This document shows, one piece after another, positions 20,338-29,166 of a stretch of 64,000 nucleotides of DNA. The DNA lies in the NCBI GenBank assembly GCA_032127265.1, contig JAQAZP010000103.1:831-64830 (forward strand), read 5' to 3'. The stretch comes from Acidobacteriota bacterium (GTDB lineage Bacteria > Acidobacteriota > JAQAZP01). Numbering within the stretch: position 1 is the stretch's first letter; every line of letters begins with the position of its first letter. The notes beneath the pieces are model-generated. The model had not been told where the DNA came from. It saw only the letters and a program-made list of their open reading frames with translations, and ran no database searches. The position numbers were made by a program, and so were the translations under genes.

Positions 20338-20737
20338 GATAGCCCAGTAAAGAAGGACATAACCTCCTCCTTGCGAGGGGTTCTGCTAGCCAGATGCAAT
20401 CCCAAAAAGAGGATTGCCGATTGAAGGGTTTTTTTCCCCAGCCGCTGAAGCGGCTTAATTAATAGATTTGCCGGCTCTTCGGAGCCGGCCTGCCATCATA
20501 AGATGTCCCCCCGGCAGGTCGAATCATGACCAGCCAACGTTCCTAACGAAACTACGCCCCGGTCGGGTCTGAATACCGACCGGGGCCCCTCCAACTCTCT
20601 CGAACCTTTCCCCCTTTGCTTCCAAAGTCCAACTGAACTACTATTCTTGCGCATGCTCCGCTGACGATGCGTCCAGGTATTCCGCGCCCGGCGGCCGGAA
20701 TGACCGCGGCTTCCGCCCCGGCGGAGAGGATGGGACC

Positions 20738-21838
20738 ATGGTAATGAACCTGCTGCAAGTGGACACGGAAATCCGGTGGGGCGGCGGCCAGCAGCAGGTG
20801 GCCCACCTCTGTGAAGGCCTGGCCGGCAAAGGACACCGCGTCGTCCTGGTCTGCCACCGCGATGGAATTCTCCGCCACCGGGTGGAAAGCGCCGCGGTTC
20901 GCGTCCTCCCCCTCGCCTCCTTTGGCGAGGTCGATCCCCGGGGTGTGTTCGGCCTGGCCCGGATCATCCGCAGCCAGCGCTTTGACCTGATGCACATGCA
21001 CTCCTCCCGGGCGCACACCATGGGTGTCGTGGCCGGCGCACTGACCCGGTTCCGGCCCCGCGTGGTCTCCAGGCGGTTCAACCACTCTCCGCGGCGGGAC
21101 CCTTTCAACCGCTGGAAATACGGCAGCGGCATCGACCGGGTGGTGGCCATTTCCCGGGCGGTGCAGCAGTCGCTGATCGATGCGGGATTCGATTCCGCTG
21201 ACATTGACCTGGTACCCAGCGGTATCGTTCCACCAGATCGGGTGGCCGGGGCCCGGGTCGCTGTATTCGAAGAATTCAATTTGCCCCCCGAGGCCCGGTT
21301 GGCGATCTGCGTGGCCAACCTGGTGGAGATCAAGGGCCACAGGACACTGATCGAAGCGGTGCGGCTGCTTCGAGGGGAATGGCCCGGCCTTCGCGTCCTG
21401 TTCGCCGGAGACGGCCCCCTGCGACGAAACCTGGAGGCACTGAGCCATGATGCCGGTGTCGAGGATCACATCCTCTTTGCCGGATTCCGCACCGACATTG
21501 ACCGTCTGCTCTCCGCCGCCGACCTGGCCGTCTGCCCGTCGCTCACCGAAGGTCTGGGGCTCTCGATCCTCGATGCTCTGGCCATGGAACTGCCGGTGGC
21601 CGCCTCGGAAACCGGCGGAATCCCCGAAATCGTCCGGCACGACGAAACCGGCTTGCTGGTTCCTCCGGGGGAACCAGATCCGCTGGCCAAAGCGGTGGAG
21701 AAGCTGCTCTCCAATCCCGAGGAGTCGGCCCGCCTGGGCCGGAACGGCCGGCGGATGGTGCTCGAGAAATTCAGTGTCCAGGCGATGGTGGACGGGACCG
21801 AAGCGGTATATCACCGACTGCTGGAAGCGGCCTCATAA
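20738..21838 (+). CDS. glycosyltransferase family 4 (GT-B fold)
   Basis: GT4 N-terminal GxGG region and C-terminal E-x7-E-like segment (CPSLTEGLGLSILDALAMELPVAASETGGIPEIV). Confidence 0.85.
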   Translation: MVMNLLQVDTEIRWGGGQQQVAHLCEGLAGKGHRVVLVCHRDGILRHRVESAAVRVLPLASFGEVDPRGVFGLARIIRSQRFDLMHMHSSRAHTMGVVAGALTRFRPRVVSRRFNHSPRRDPFNRWKYGSGIDRVVAISRAVQQSLIDAGFDSADIDLVPSGIVPPDRVAGARVAVFEEFNLPPEARLAICVANLVEIKGHRTLIEAVRLLRGEWPGLRVLFAGDGPLRRNLEALSHDAGVEDHILFAGFRTDIDRLLSAADLAVCPSLTEGLGLSILDALAMELPVAASETGGIPEIVRHDETGLLVPPGEPDPLAKAVEKLLSNPEESARLGRNGRRMVLEKFSVQAMVDGTEAVYHRLLEAAS

Positions 21839-23135
21839 CCTCACCTGGGGCCACTTTCTTGATGTCGCTGACCAGGAAGATCGAGCCGGCCACCAGCACC
21901 AGGCCGTTGGGCCCGGCCAGGCGTCGGGAAAGTTCCAGCGCCCTGCGGGGATCGGGCTCCAGGTGCATCTCGGCCGCGTAGCGTCCACCGATCCGGGCCG
22001 CCTCCATCGGTTCCATGGCCCGCTTGCAGTCCGGCCGGGTGAGCACCACCCGGAGGGCCCGGGGAAAGAGCAGCGACGTCATCTCCTCGACGTTTTTATC
22101 GCCCATCACCCCGAACAGCAGCGTCACCGGCCGGTTGACCTCCCGGTCCAGATAGTCGGCCAGGGACCGGGCACCGTCCGGATTGTGCGCGCAGTCGAAA
22201 AGCAGGGGCGGCGACCCGGGCACCAGTTCCAGTCTTCCCGGCCAGCTCACCGACGACAGGCCCTCCCGGATCCGGGCCTCGTCCACCGGCAGCCCCTGCC
22301 GGGCCAGGGTTTCCAGGGCCAGCACGGCCGCGGCGGCATTCTCCAACTGGTGCTCCCCGCGCAAGGGCAGATGCAGGTCCGCGTAGGACGCCTCGGGAGT
22401 GCTCAGGTCGAAGCGGTATCCCCCGGTCTCCAGGGGCCTTGCCTCTGAACGGCGGCACAGCTCGGAAGCCACCCGAAGATCGGCGCCGCAGCGCCGGGCC
22501 ACCTCCCGGACCACGTCCAGGGCATCGCCCGGTTCGCAGGAAGTGACCACCGGCCGGCGGGGCCGGATGATACCCGCTTTCTCGAAGGCCACCTGACGAA
22601 GGGTGCTGCCGAGAAAGTGTGTGTGGTCCAGGGCCACGCGGGTAATCACCGATATATCGGGATCTACGGCATTGGTCGCGTCAAACCGCCCGCCAAGGCC
22701 CACCTCCAGGACCGCCGCATCCAGCCCCTGCTCGGCAAAGTGGGTCAGGGCCATGGCGGTGACCAGCTCGAAATAGGTGGGATGGCTCTCCAGTGCGCCG
22801 CGCTCCACCAGCGACCGCACCAACTCCCGCAGCCGGGTGGTGATCCGTGCCACGTCCTCCCTGGGGATCGGCTGGCGTCCAGCCACGATCCGCTCCTCGA
22901 AATCGATGATGTGGGGCGAGGTGTAGCGGCCGGTCCGCAACCCGGCGGCGGAGAGCACGGCGTGGATCATGGCGGCCACCGAGCCCTTGCCGTTGGTCCC
23001 GGCCACGAGGACGGTGCGCATCCGGCGCTCCGGTGAGCCGAGCGCCTCCAGCAGAACCCGGATCCGTCGCAGGCCGAGCTTTATCCCCACGTTGGACAGG
23101 CCAAAAAGATAGTCGATGGTTTCAGCGTAGTTCAT
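21771..23135 (-). CDS. folC: bifunctional folylpolyglutamate synthase / dihydrofolate synthase
   Basis: Mur-ligase P-loop VAGTNGKGSV, FolC-type N- and C-domains, located immediately downstream of accD as in many genomes. Its 3' end overlaps the convergent GT4 gene by about 68 nt. Confidence 0.85.
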   Translation of the reverse strand: MNYAETIDYLFGLSNVGIKLGLRRIRVLLEALGSPERRMRTVLVAGTNGKGSVAAMIHAVLSAAGLRTGRYTSPHIIDFEERIVAGRQPIPREDVARITTRLRELVRSLVERGALESHPTYFELVTAMALTHFAEQGLDAAVLEVGLGGRFDATNAVDPDISVITRVALDHTHFLGSTLRQVAFEKAGIIRPRRPVVTSCEPGDALDVVREVARRCGADLRVASELCRRSEARPLETGGYRFDLSTPEASYADLHLPLRGEHQLENAAAAVLALETLARQGLPVDEARIREGLSSVSWPGRLELVPGSPPLLFDCAHNPDGARSLADYLDREVNRPVTLLFGVMGDKNVEEMTSLLFPRALRVVLTRPDCKRAMEPMEAARIGGRYAAEMHLEPDPRRALELSRRLAGPNGLVLVAGSIFLVSDIKKVAPGEVMRPLPAVGDIPLRSRPPSPGH

Positions 23136-23164
23136 GGAGGACCGGAGGCAATACTCCCCCGGGA

Positions 23165-24013
23165 TCAGCTGTGGTAGAGGTGGTCAAGGCAGCGGATCAG
23201 GGTGCTGCGCATGTTCTTGCGGTCCACGATCATGTCCAGCATGCCGTGCTCGATGAGGAATTCCGACCGCTGAAACCCCTCGGGCAAATCCTTGAGGATG
23301 GTCTGCTTGATCACCCTGGGGCCGGCAAACCCGATCAGGGCCTTCGGCTCGGCAATATTGAGATCGCCCAGCATGGCAAAACTGGCCGTGACACCGCCGG
23401 TGGTTGGATCGGCGAGGATGGAGATATAGGGGATCGCCTCCTTGTGCAGCCGGGAGAGCGCCGCGCTGATCTTGGCCATCTGCATCAGCGAGAGGGCGCC
23501 TTCCTGCATCCTCGCTCCTCCGGAACAGGAGATCACAATCAGGGGCGAGCGTTCCTCGAGGGCCTTCTCCACGGCCCGGGTGATCTTTTCGCCCATCACC
23601 GAACCCATGCTGCCGCCCATGAAGCTGAACTCCATGGCGCAGATGATGATCGGCTTCCCGCCCATCTTCCCGCTGGCCGCCACCAGAGCGTCGGGCATCT
23701 TGCATTTTTCGATGGAGGCTTTCAGCCGGTCCTTGTAGCGCTTGGTGTCCTTGAACTGCAGCGGATCCATGGAGGACACGCCGGTGGCGAATTCGGTGTA
23801 CTTGCCGTCATCAAAAAGCAGTTCCAGCCGGCTTTTGGCGCTTATCCGGAAGTGGTAGTCGCACTTGGGGCAAACGTGGAGATTTCTGGCCAGTTCCTTG
23901 GAATAGACGATCTCCTTGCAGTTGTTGCAGCGGGTCCAGAGGCCTTCGGGGATCTTCTTCCTCGAACCGGCCACCGTGCCCTTGCTCGCCGTGTTTTTCC
24001 TGAACCAGGCCAT
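23165..24013 (-). CDS. accD: acetyl-CoA carboxylase carboxyltransferase subunit beta
   Basis: N-terminal Zn-ribbon (CNNCKEIVY...CPKCDYH) followed by the carboxyltransferase domain. Start taken as MAWFRK at 24013. Confidence 0.92.
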   Translation of the reverse strand: MAWFRKNTASKGTVAGSRKKIPEGLWTRCNNCKEIVYSKELARNLHVCPKCDYHFRISAKSRLELLFDDGKYTEFATGVSSMDPLQFKDTKRYKDRLKASIEKCKMPDALVAASGKMGGKPIIICAMEFSFMGGSMGSVMGEKITRAVEKALEERSPLIVISCSGGARMQEGALSLMQMAKISAALSRLHKEAIPYISILADPTTGGVTASFAMLGDLNIAEPKALIGFAGPRVIKQTILKDLPEGFQRSEFLIEHGMLDMIVDRKNMRSTLIRCLDHLYHS

Positions 24014-24191
24014 TGCGTTTTCCACTCCTGCAGATAGTGCCGGAAAAAGGAGGTTATGTTATCCGTGGAACCGGGTTCCGTCAAGTGCCGGCAAGGGTCC
24101 ACGGACGGCCCCGGGACAACCGCCGGGATAGTGTATCTTGTTCGGGCACAGGCGGCTGGGCTATCATCTCCTGCCTGCGCTGGAGGGGACG

Positions 24192-24584
24192 ATGCACCGT
24201 GAAGCAGAACCTGAATCGAAGCCACTGGACCGGGAGGCCGAGGCCGGGTTCCGTAGCTACACCGACGGCCTGGGCCTGGAACTGCCGCATGGTCCGACCC
24301 TGACACCAACGGTCTGGCCCGCGGACGGGGCCCTGATGGTCCTCGACCAGCGGCGGTTGCCGGAGCAGATGGCGGCGCTGGTCTGCCGGCCCGCGGAGCA
24401 GGCGGCCTGGGCCATTCGCAGGCTGACGGTGCGCGGCGCCCCGGCCATGGCCCTGGGGGCGGTGGAAATCTTCCGCACCGCCGGCAGTGACACCGAACGG
24501 GGAGTGGCCGTTCCGCCTCTGGACGGTGTTCTCCCCAGCCCCGGCCACCGGCCGGAGACGAACGGAAACGGCAAGGGAATATGA
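24192..24584 (+). pseudogene. N-terminal remnant of an MtnA/eIF-2B-family (methylthioribose-1-phosphate isomerase-like) gene
   Basis: ...ALMVLDQRRLPEQ...AIRRLTVRGAPAMALGA matches the conserved N-terminus of MtnA (LDQ..LP....AI....VRGAPAIG). The frame ends after about 130 aa where tsaD begins; full-length homologs are about 350 aa. Confidence 0.4.
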
Positions 24585-25615
24585 TCACCCTCGGCATCGA
24601 TACCTCCTGCGACGACACCTCGGCGGCCGTATTGCACGGCGAACGCGAGATTCTCTCCAGTATCGTCTCCTCCCAGGAGGATGTGCACCGCCGCTATGGT
24701 GGAGTGGTTCCCGAACTGGCTTCGCGAAGCCACCTGGAGCAGATCATCCCGGTGATCCGGAAAGCACTCGAGCAGGCGTACATCAAGCTCTCCGACGTCG
24801 ACCTGGTGGCGGTGACCTGCGGCCCCGGACTGGTGGGCAGCCTGCTGGTCGGCCTGTCCACGGCCAAGGGCATCTGCTTCACCACCGGAAAACCGCTGGC
24901 CGGCGTGAACCACCTGCGCGGTCACATGGAGTCGATCTTTCTCTCGCACCCCAAGCCGAAGCTCCCGGCGATCTCTCTGGTGGTCTCCGGCGGCCACACC
25001 GAAATCCACCTGGTGAGCGTGGGCCAGACCATGCGCACCCTGGGCCGGGCCAGGGATGACGCGGCCGGGGAGGCCTTCGACAAGGTGGCCAAGCATCTCG
25101 GTCTGGGCTATCCCGGTGGGCCGGTGGTGGAAAAAGCGGCCCGGGGCGGCCGCGAGGACGCCTACCCCTTCCGGCCGGCCTCGATGAGTGACGGCAGCCT
25201 CGATTTCAGCTTCAGCGGCCTCAAGTCGGCGGTGGTCCGCGCGGTGGCCGACGATCCATCGCTGCTCGACCCGGCGGCGGAGGAGGCCCGCCGCGACCTG
25301 ATGGCCAGCTTTCAGTGGGCCGCCATCCGCTCACTGCTCCACACTTCGCTCAAGGCCGCGCTGGAACAAAAGGCCCGCTCGATCTTTGTCTCCGGCGGGG
25401 TCTCGTCCAACACACACCTGCGGGAGCGTTTCTCCGAGGCCTGCAGCGAACGCGGGGTCGAGGTCTACTTCCCGAACCGCGGCCTGACCACCGACAACGC
25501 GGCGATGATCGCGGCCGCCGGGGTCAAGCAGTTCACCCGCAAGGGCCCCCACGATCTGACCCTGGACGCGGTGAGCAAACTGAAGCTGACTGGAGATGGA
25601 TGGGAAAACCCATAA
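24581..25615 (+). CDS. tsaD: tRNA N6-adenosine threonylcarbamoyltransferase
   Basis: MITLGIDTSCDDTSAAV..., Kae1/YgjD family including the HxxGH-type metal-site region (NHLRGHM). 344 aa. Confidence 0.92.
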   Translation: MITLGIDTSCDDTSAAVLHGEREILSSIVSSQEDVHRRYGGVVPELASRSHLEQIIPVIRKALEQAYIKLSDVDLVAVTCGPGLVGSLLVGLSTAKGICFTTGKPLAGVNHLRGHMESIFLSHPKPKLPAISLVVSGGHTEIHLVSVGQTMRTLGRARDDAAGEAFDKVAKHLGLGYPGGPVVEKAARGGREDAYPFRPASMSDGSLDFSFSGLKSAVVRAVADDPSLLDPAAEEARRDLMASFQWAAIRSLLHTSLKAALEQKARSIFVSGGVSSNTHLRERFSEACSERGVEVYFPNRGLTTDNAAMIAAAGVKQFTRKGPHDLTLDAVSKLKLTGDGWENP

Positions 25616-25638
25616 CTTCATCTGGAGCCCTCTGCTCT

Positions 25639-25707
25639 GTTGCCGGCCTCCTCAAAAAGCGTCACATACCACAAAAGCATGCTCCGCTTCTTTCGTCGGC
25701 CGGCGCC
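25639..25707. repeat. copy B of the roughly 70-bp palindromic intergenic repeat, inverted relative to copy A
   Basis: Its reverse complement aligns to 14084-14151 with a few substitutions and a 1-nt indel. Sits between the convergent tsaD and aminotransferase genes. Confidence 0.6.
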
Positions 25708-25832
25708 TTGCTCTCGAACTCCAGACGAAGTTATGAGTCCAGTCAAGGCAAATGCCGAAAGAAAATAGAAATACGGGGAGGAGAGGGCCGGCAACAAAGC
25801 AAAGGGCCTCAGGCGAGGGTAGGGAGCCGCTT

Positions 25833-27050
25833 CTACCGCTTGCCGGCGGCCAGCGCCTGCACTGCGGGGATGGCGGCGGCGATGTCCGCCTCGGTGCTCA
25901 TCGGTCCGAGGCTGAGCCGGACCGTGCCGTCGGGGGAGGTGCCGATGGTCTCGTGGACCAGCGGCGCGCACTGCAGACCGGTGCGGCAGGCCACGTCGTA
26001 GTCGACGTCGAGAAACATGCCGACCTCCGCCGGGTCTTTATAGCCGGCGATGTTGAACGAAAAGACCGGTGTGCGGTTCTCCAGGGAATTGCAGCAGTAG
26101 AGTGTGATCCCCTCGGTCTCGCGCAGGCACTCCCAGAGGGGGCGGGCAAGATCCATCTCGTGCTGGTGGATTTTTTCCACTCCGCCGGCGCGTCCGATGT
26201 AATTCACCCCTTCCAGCACCCCGGCCACACCCACCATGTTCGGTGTGCCGTATTCCATGCGGAAGGGATACATGTCGAGGTGCCGGCGCACGGCGGAAGC
26301 CACCCCGGTGCCGCCGGCGCGGGAGTGTGGGATTTCCACGTCCTGGCCCACACAGAGCCCGCCGATGCCGGTGGGACCAAGCAGTGACTTGTGCCCGGTA
26401 AAAGCGACGATGTCGATGTTCATCGCTTTCATGTCGATGGGAAACATCCCCGCGGTCTGGGCGGCGTCGACACAGAAGGGGATGCCGGCCTCGCGGCAGA
26501 TGGCGCCCACCTCGGCCACCGGCTGAACCGTGCCGATGACGTTTGATCCATGGTTGACCACCACCAGCCTGGTGTCGGGCCGGATGGCCTTCCGGATGTC
26601 CTCGGGATCGATGTACCCGTTGCCGTCAAAGGAGATCAGGGTCGATTCCGCGCCGAAATCGTCTTCGCAGTGGGCGATGGGCCGCAGCACCGAGTTGTGC
26701 TCCAGACGGGTGGAAACCACGTGGCCGCCCTTGCGCAAGATGCCGAAAATCACCAGGTTGAGCGCGTCGGTGGCATTGTAGCCGAAGACCAGACGATTCG
26801 GGTCGTCCCCGTTGAACAGCTCGCACAGCTTCTGGCGGGCGGTGAACAGGACCGTTTCGGCCTCCAAAGCCAGGTCAAAAGTGGAACGGCCCGGGTTGAC
26901 ACAGGCCCGCGCGCAGAAGTCCATCATGAAACTGAGGACTTCCGGCGGCTTGGGGAACGTCGTTGCCGCATTGTCGAGATAATGCAGGTTCTTTCCAGCG
27001 TCGATCTGTGTCGTATCCATATCCATGGCGGCAAAAGATATCTGATTCAC
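25833..27050 (-). CDS. aminotransferase class V / cysteine desulfurase-family PLP enzyme
   Basis: LDNAATTFP N-terminus and lysine region FTGHKSLLGPTGIGGL, typical of SufS/CsdA-like enzymes. The true start may be the internal Met at 27026. Confidence 0.85.
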   Translation of the reverse strand: MNQISFAAMDMDTTQIDAGKNLHYLDNAATTFPKPPEVLSFMMDFCARACVNPGRSTFDLALEAETVLFTARQKLCELFNGDDPNRLVFGYNATDALNLVIFGILRKGGHVVSTRLEHNSVLRPIAHCEDDFGAESTLISFDGNGYIDPEDIRKAIRPDTRLVVVNHGSNVIGTVQPVAEVGAICREAGIPFCVDAAQTAGMFPIDMKAMNIDIVAFTGHKSLLGPTGIGGLCVGQDVEIPHSRAGGTGVASAVRRHLDMYPFRMEYGTPNMVGVAGVLEGVNYIGRAGGVEKIHQHEMDLARPLWECLRETEGITLYCCNSLENRTPVFSFNIAGYKDPAEVGMFLDVDYDVACRTGLQCAPLVHETIGTSPDGTVRLSLGPMSTEADIAAAIPAVQALAAGKR

Positions 27051-27190
27051 CCGCCGGTGTCAACGCCATAAACTATTTTCTTTGCTTCAGTAACCGACCG
27101 AATTTGCCGAATATTCAGAGTGTGCGGATTTTCTGCCTGCCGATATCCTGACAGTGAAAACGCCCATCCGCACCACGAGGAGGACGACCA

Positions 27191-27553
27191 ATGAGGACCT
27201 GTACTGGTGACGAGGGGAAGAGCACCCTGGGAAACATTGTTTTTCTGCTGATTGTGCTGGCGCTGATCTATTTCGGGGTCAAGTTCATCCCGGTGCGGGT
27301 CAAGGCATTCTCCTTTCAGGACGCGATGAGCGAGGAGGCCAGTTTCGCCGCTCACCGCAACGACAAGGTGATCAAGGATAACCTGATCCGCTTCGCCAAG
27401 GAGAAGGGCCTGCCCATCATCGGGGAACAGATCGAGGTCAAACGCGAGCCGGGTCAGATAACCGTGGAAACCGACTACACCGTGGTGGTGGACACGATCT
27501 TCTTTACCTATGACTGGCAGTTCAAGGAAAAAATCGTTCGGGACATTTACTAG
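27191..27553 (+). CDS. small membrane-anchored hypothetical protein (120 aa)
   Basis: Single N-terminal TM helix (IVFLLIVLALIYFGV). GGAGGA RBS before the ATG. Confidence 0.45.
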   Translation: MRTCTGDEGKSTLGNIVFLLIVLALIYFGVKFIPVRVKAFSFQDAMSEEASFAAHRNDKVIKDNLIRFAKEKGLPIIGEQIEVKREPGQITVETDYTVVVDTIFFTYDWQFKEKIVRDIY

Positions 27554-27649
27554 TCTCCAATTTCAGCACCACATTGACATCTCCGGAAGTCCCTTGCTAC
27601 CGTTACGCGGCAGCGGTTTAAATACGCCGCGCAGGGGGGGGGCTGGAGT

Positions 27650-29113
27650 ATGTCGCACATCGCTGAACAGCGGCCGGCGGTGGCCGGTGGTCTCTCCGGC
27701 AACAGGATTCTTACTGTACTGATCCTGATCCTGGCCGTGTTACTGATTGGCACGGAAGGGTGCGGCCGTGGCGGCAAAACCGGGGATGAGACTGTTCCCG
27801 CAGCGGTCCAGACCGCCGCCGGCATCCACCAGGTGGCCAACCGCCCGAAACTGGTGCAGCGCCTCTTCATCTTCGGCATCGACGGCGCCACCTGGCGTTT
27901 TATGGATCCGCTGATCAAGGCCGGCAAACTGCCCACCATCGCCCGGCTGGCCGGGAACGGCGTGCGGGCCAATCTGCAGACTCTCGAGCCCACGGTCTCC
28001 CCCGCCATCTGGACCACCATCGCCACCGGGGTGCTCCCGCAGACCCATGGAATCCTCGGCTTCGACGGGGTGCCCGGGGTGAGCATGACCACGCTGCCCA
28101 ACTCGAAAATGCGGCGGGTCAAGGCCTACTGGAACATCCTCGGCGATTTTGACCGCACCAGCGCCACCGTGGGCTGGTGGGCCAGCTGGCCGGCGGACCA
28201 GGTTGGCGAGGGAAGCTGCATGGTGAGCGACCGGGTGCCCTACACCCGAATGGAGGCGGCGATCAAGCGCGACTCCCTCGGCCCGGAGGACGTCTACCCC
28301 GTCGGGCTGCTGGACCGGGTGAGGGCCCAGGTGGAACGGCCGGAGATGATCGACCCCGCGGCGGTGGAACGCTTCCTCCACTTCGACGCGGAAGAAATGG
28401 ACCAATACCTGCTCAAGGCAGAATACCGGATGGGCAGCTTCTTGCCGGAGTTCAAGTATGTCTACCAGTCGGACCGGTCGACACTGAAGATATCACGGGA
28501 AATCCTCGCCGACGGGCCGTTTGACGTGGCCGCCGCCTACTTCACCGGGGTGGACACGGTGAGCCACCTCTACTGGCACTTCACCTACCCCAACGAGTTT
28601 CCCCGGCAGCGGATCGACCCGCAGGAGATCGAGCGCTACGGCCGGGTGATCCCGCGCTACTACGAGCTGATGGATGAATACCTGGCCTCGCTGCTCGAGG
28701 TGCTCGGCCCCGACACCACCGTGGTCATCCTCAGCGACCACGGGTTCGGCGGCACCGGCAACCTCCCCTGGTCCGGCGGCCATGGCCGAATCACCCCCGG
28801 CGCCCCCATCGCACCAGCCGGCGTGCTGATCCTCTCCGGCCCGGGAATCCGCGACGACGGACACTTCCTCAGCCAGGCCCACGTGCTCGACGTGGCCCCG
28901 ACCATTCTGCACCTGATGGGGATTCCCGCGGCCGCCGATATGCCGGGCCGCGTACTGACCCAGGCGATGGCACCCGGCAGCCCGGCGGAGCTGCCCCGCA
29001 TCGCCAGCCACGAGCGGATCGGCACCCCCTGGAATCCGGGCGCGATCCCGGTGGACCCGGCGGGTGATGCCGAACGCGTGGAGCGCCTCAAGCGCCTCGG
29101 CTACATCCAGTAG
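27650..29113 (+). CDS. alkaline-phosphatase-superfamily protein, type I phosphodiesterase/nucleotide pyrophosphatase-like
   Basis: FIFGIDGATWRF motif and an LSDHGF-type motif. N-terminal signal/anchor. C-terminus ends ...ERLKRLGYIQ. Confidence 0.75.
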   Translation: MSHIAEQRPAVAGGLSGNRILTVLILILAVLLIGTEGCGRGGKTGDETVPAAVQTAAGIHQVANRPKLVQRLFIFGIDGATWRFMDPLIKAGKLPTIARLAGNGVRANLQTLEPTVSPAIWTTIATGVLPQTHGILGFDGVPGVSMTTLPNSKMRRVKAYWNILGDFDRTSATVGWWASWPADQVGEGSCMVSDRVPYTRMEAAIKRDSLGPEDVYPVGLLDRVRAQVERPEMIDPAAVERFLHFDAEEMDQYLLKAEYRMGSFLPEFKYVYQSDRSTLKISREILADGPFDVAAAYFTGVDTVSHLYWHFTYPNEFPRQRIDPQEIERYGRVIPRYYELMDEYLASLLEVLGPDTTVVILSDHGFGGTGNLPWSGGHGRITPGAPIAPAGVLILSGPGIRDDGHFLSQAHVLDVAPTILHLMGIPAAADMPGRVLTQAMAPGSPAELPRIASHERIGTPWNPGAIPVDPAGDAERVERLKRLGYIQ

Positions 29114-29166
29114 GGTAATTGGCTAGGGCATCTGCCTCGTTTTGACACCCGGAGGCGTTCACGATT

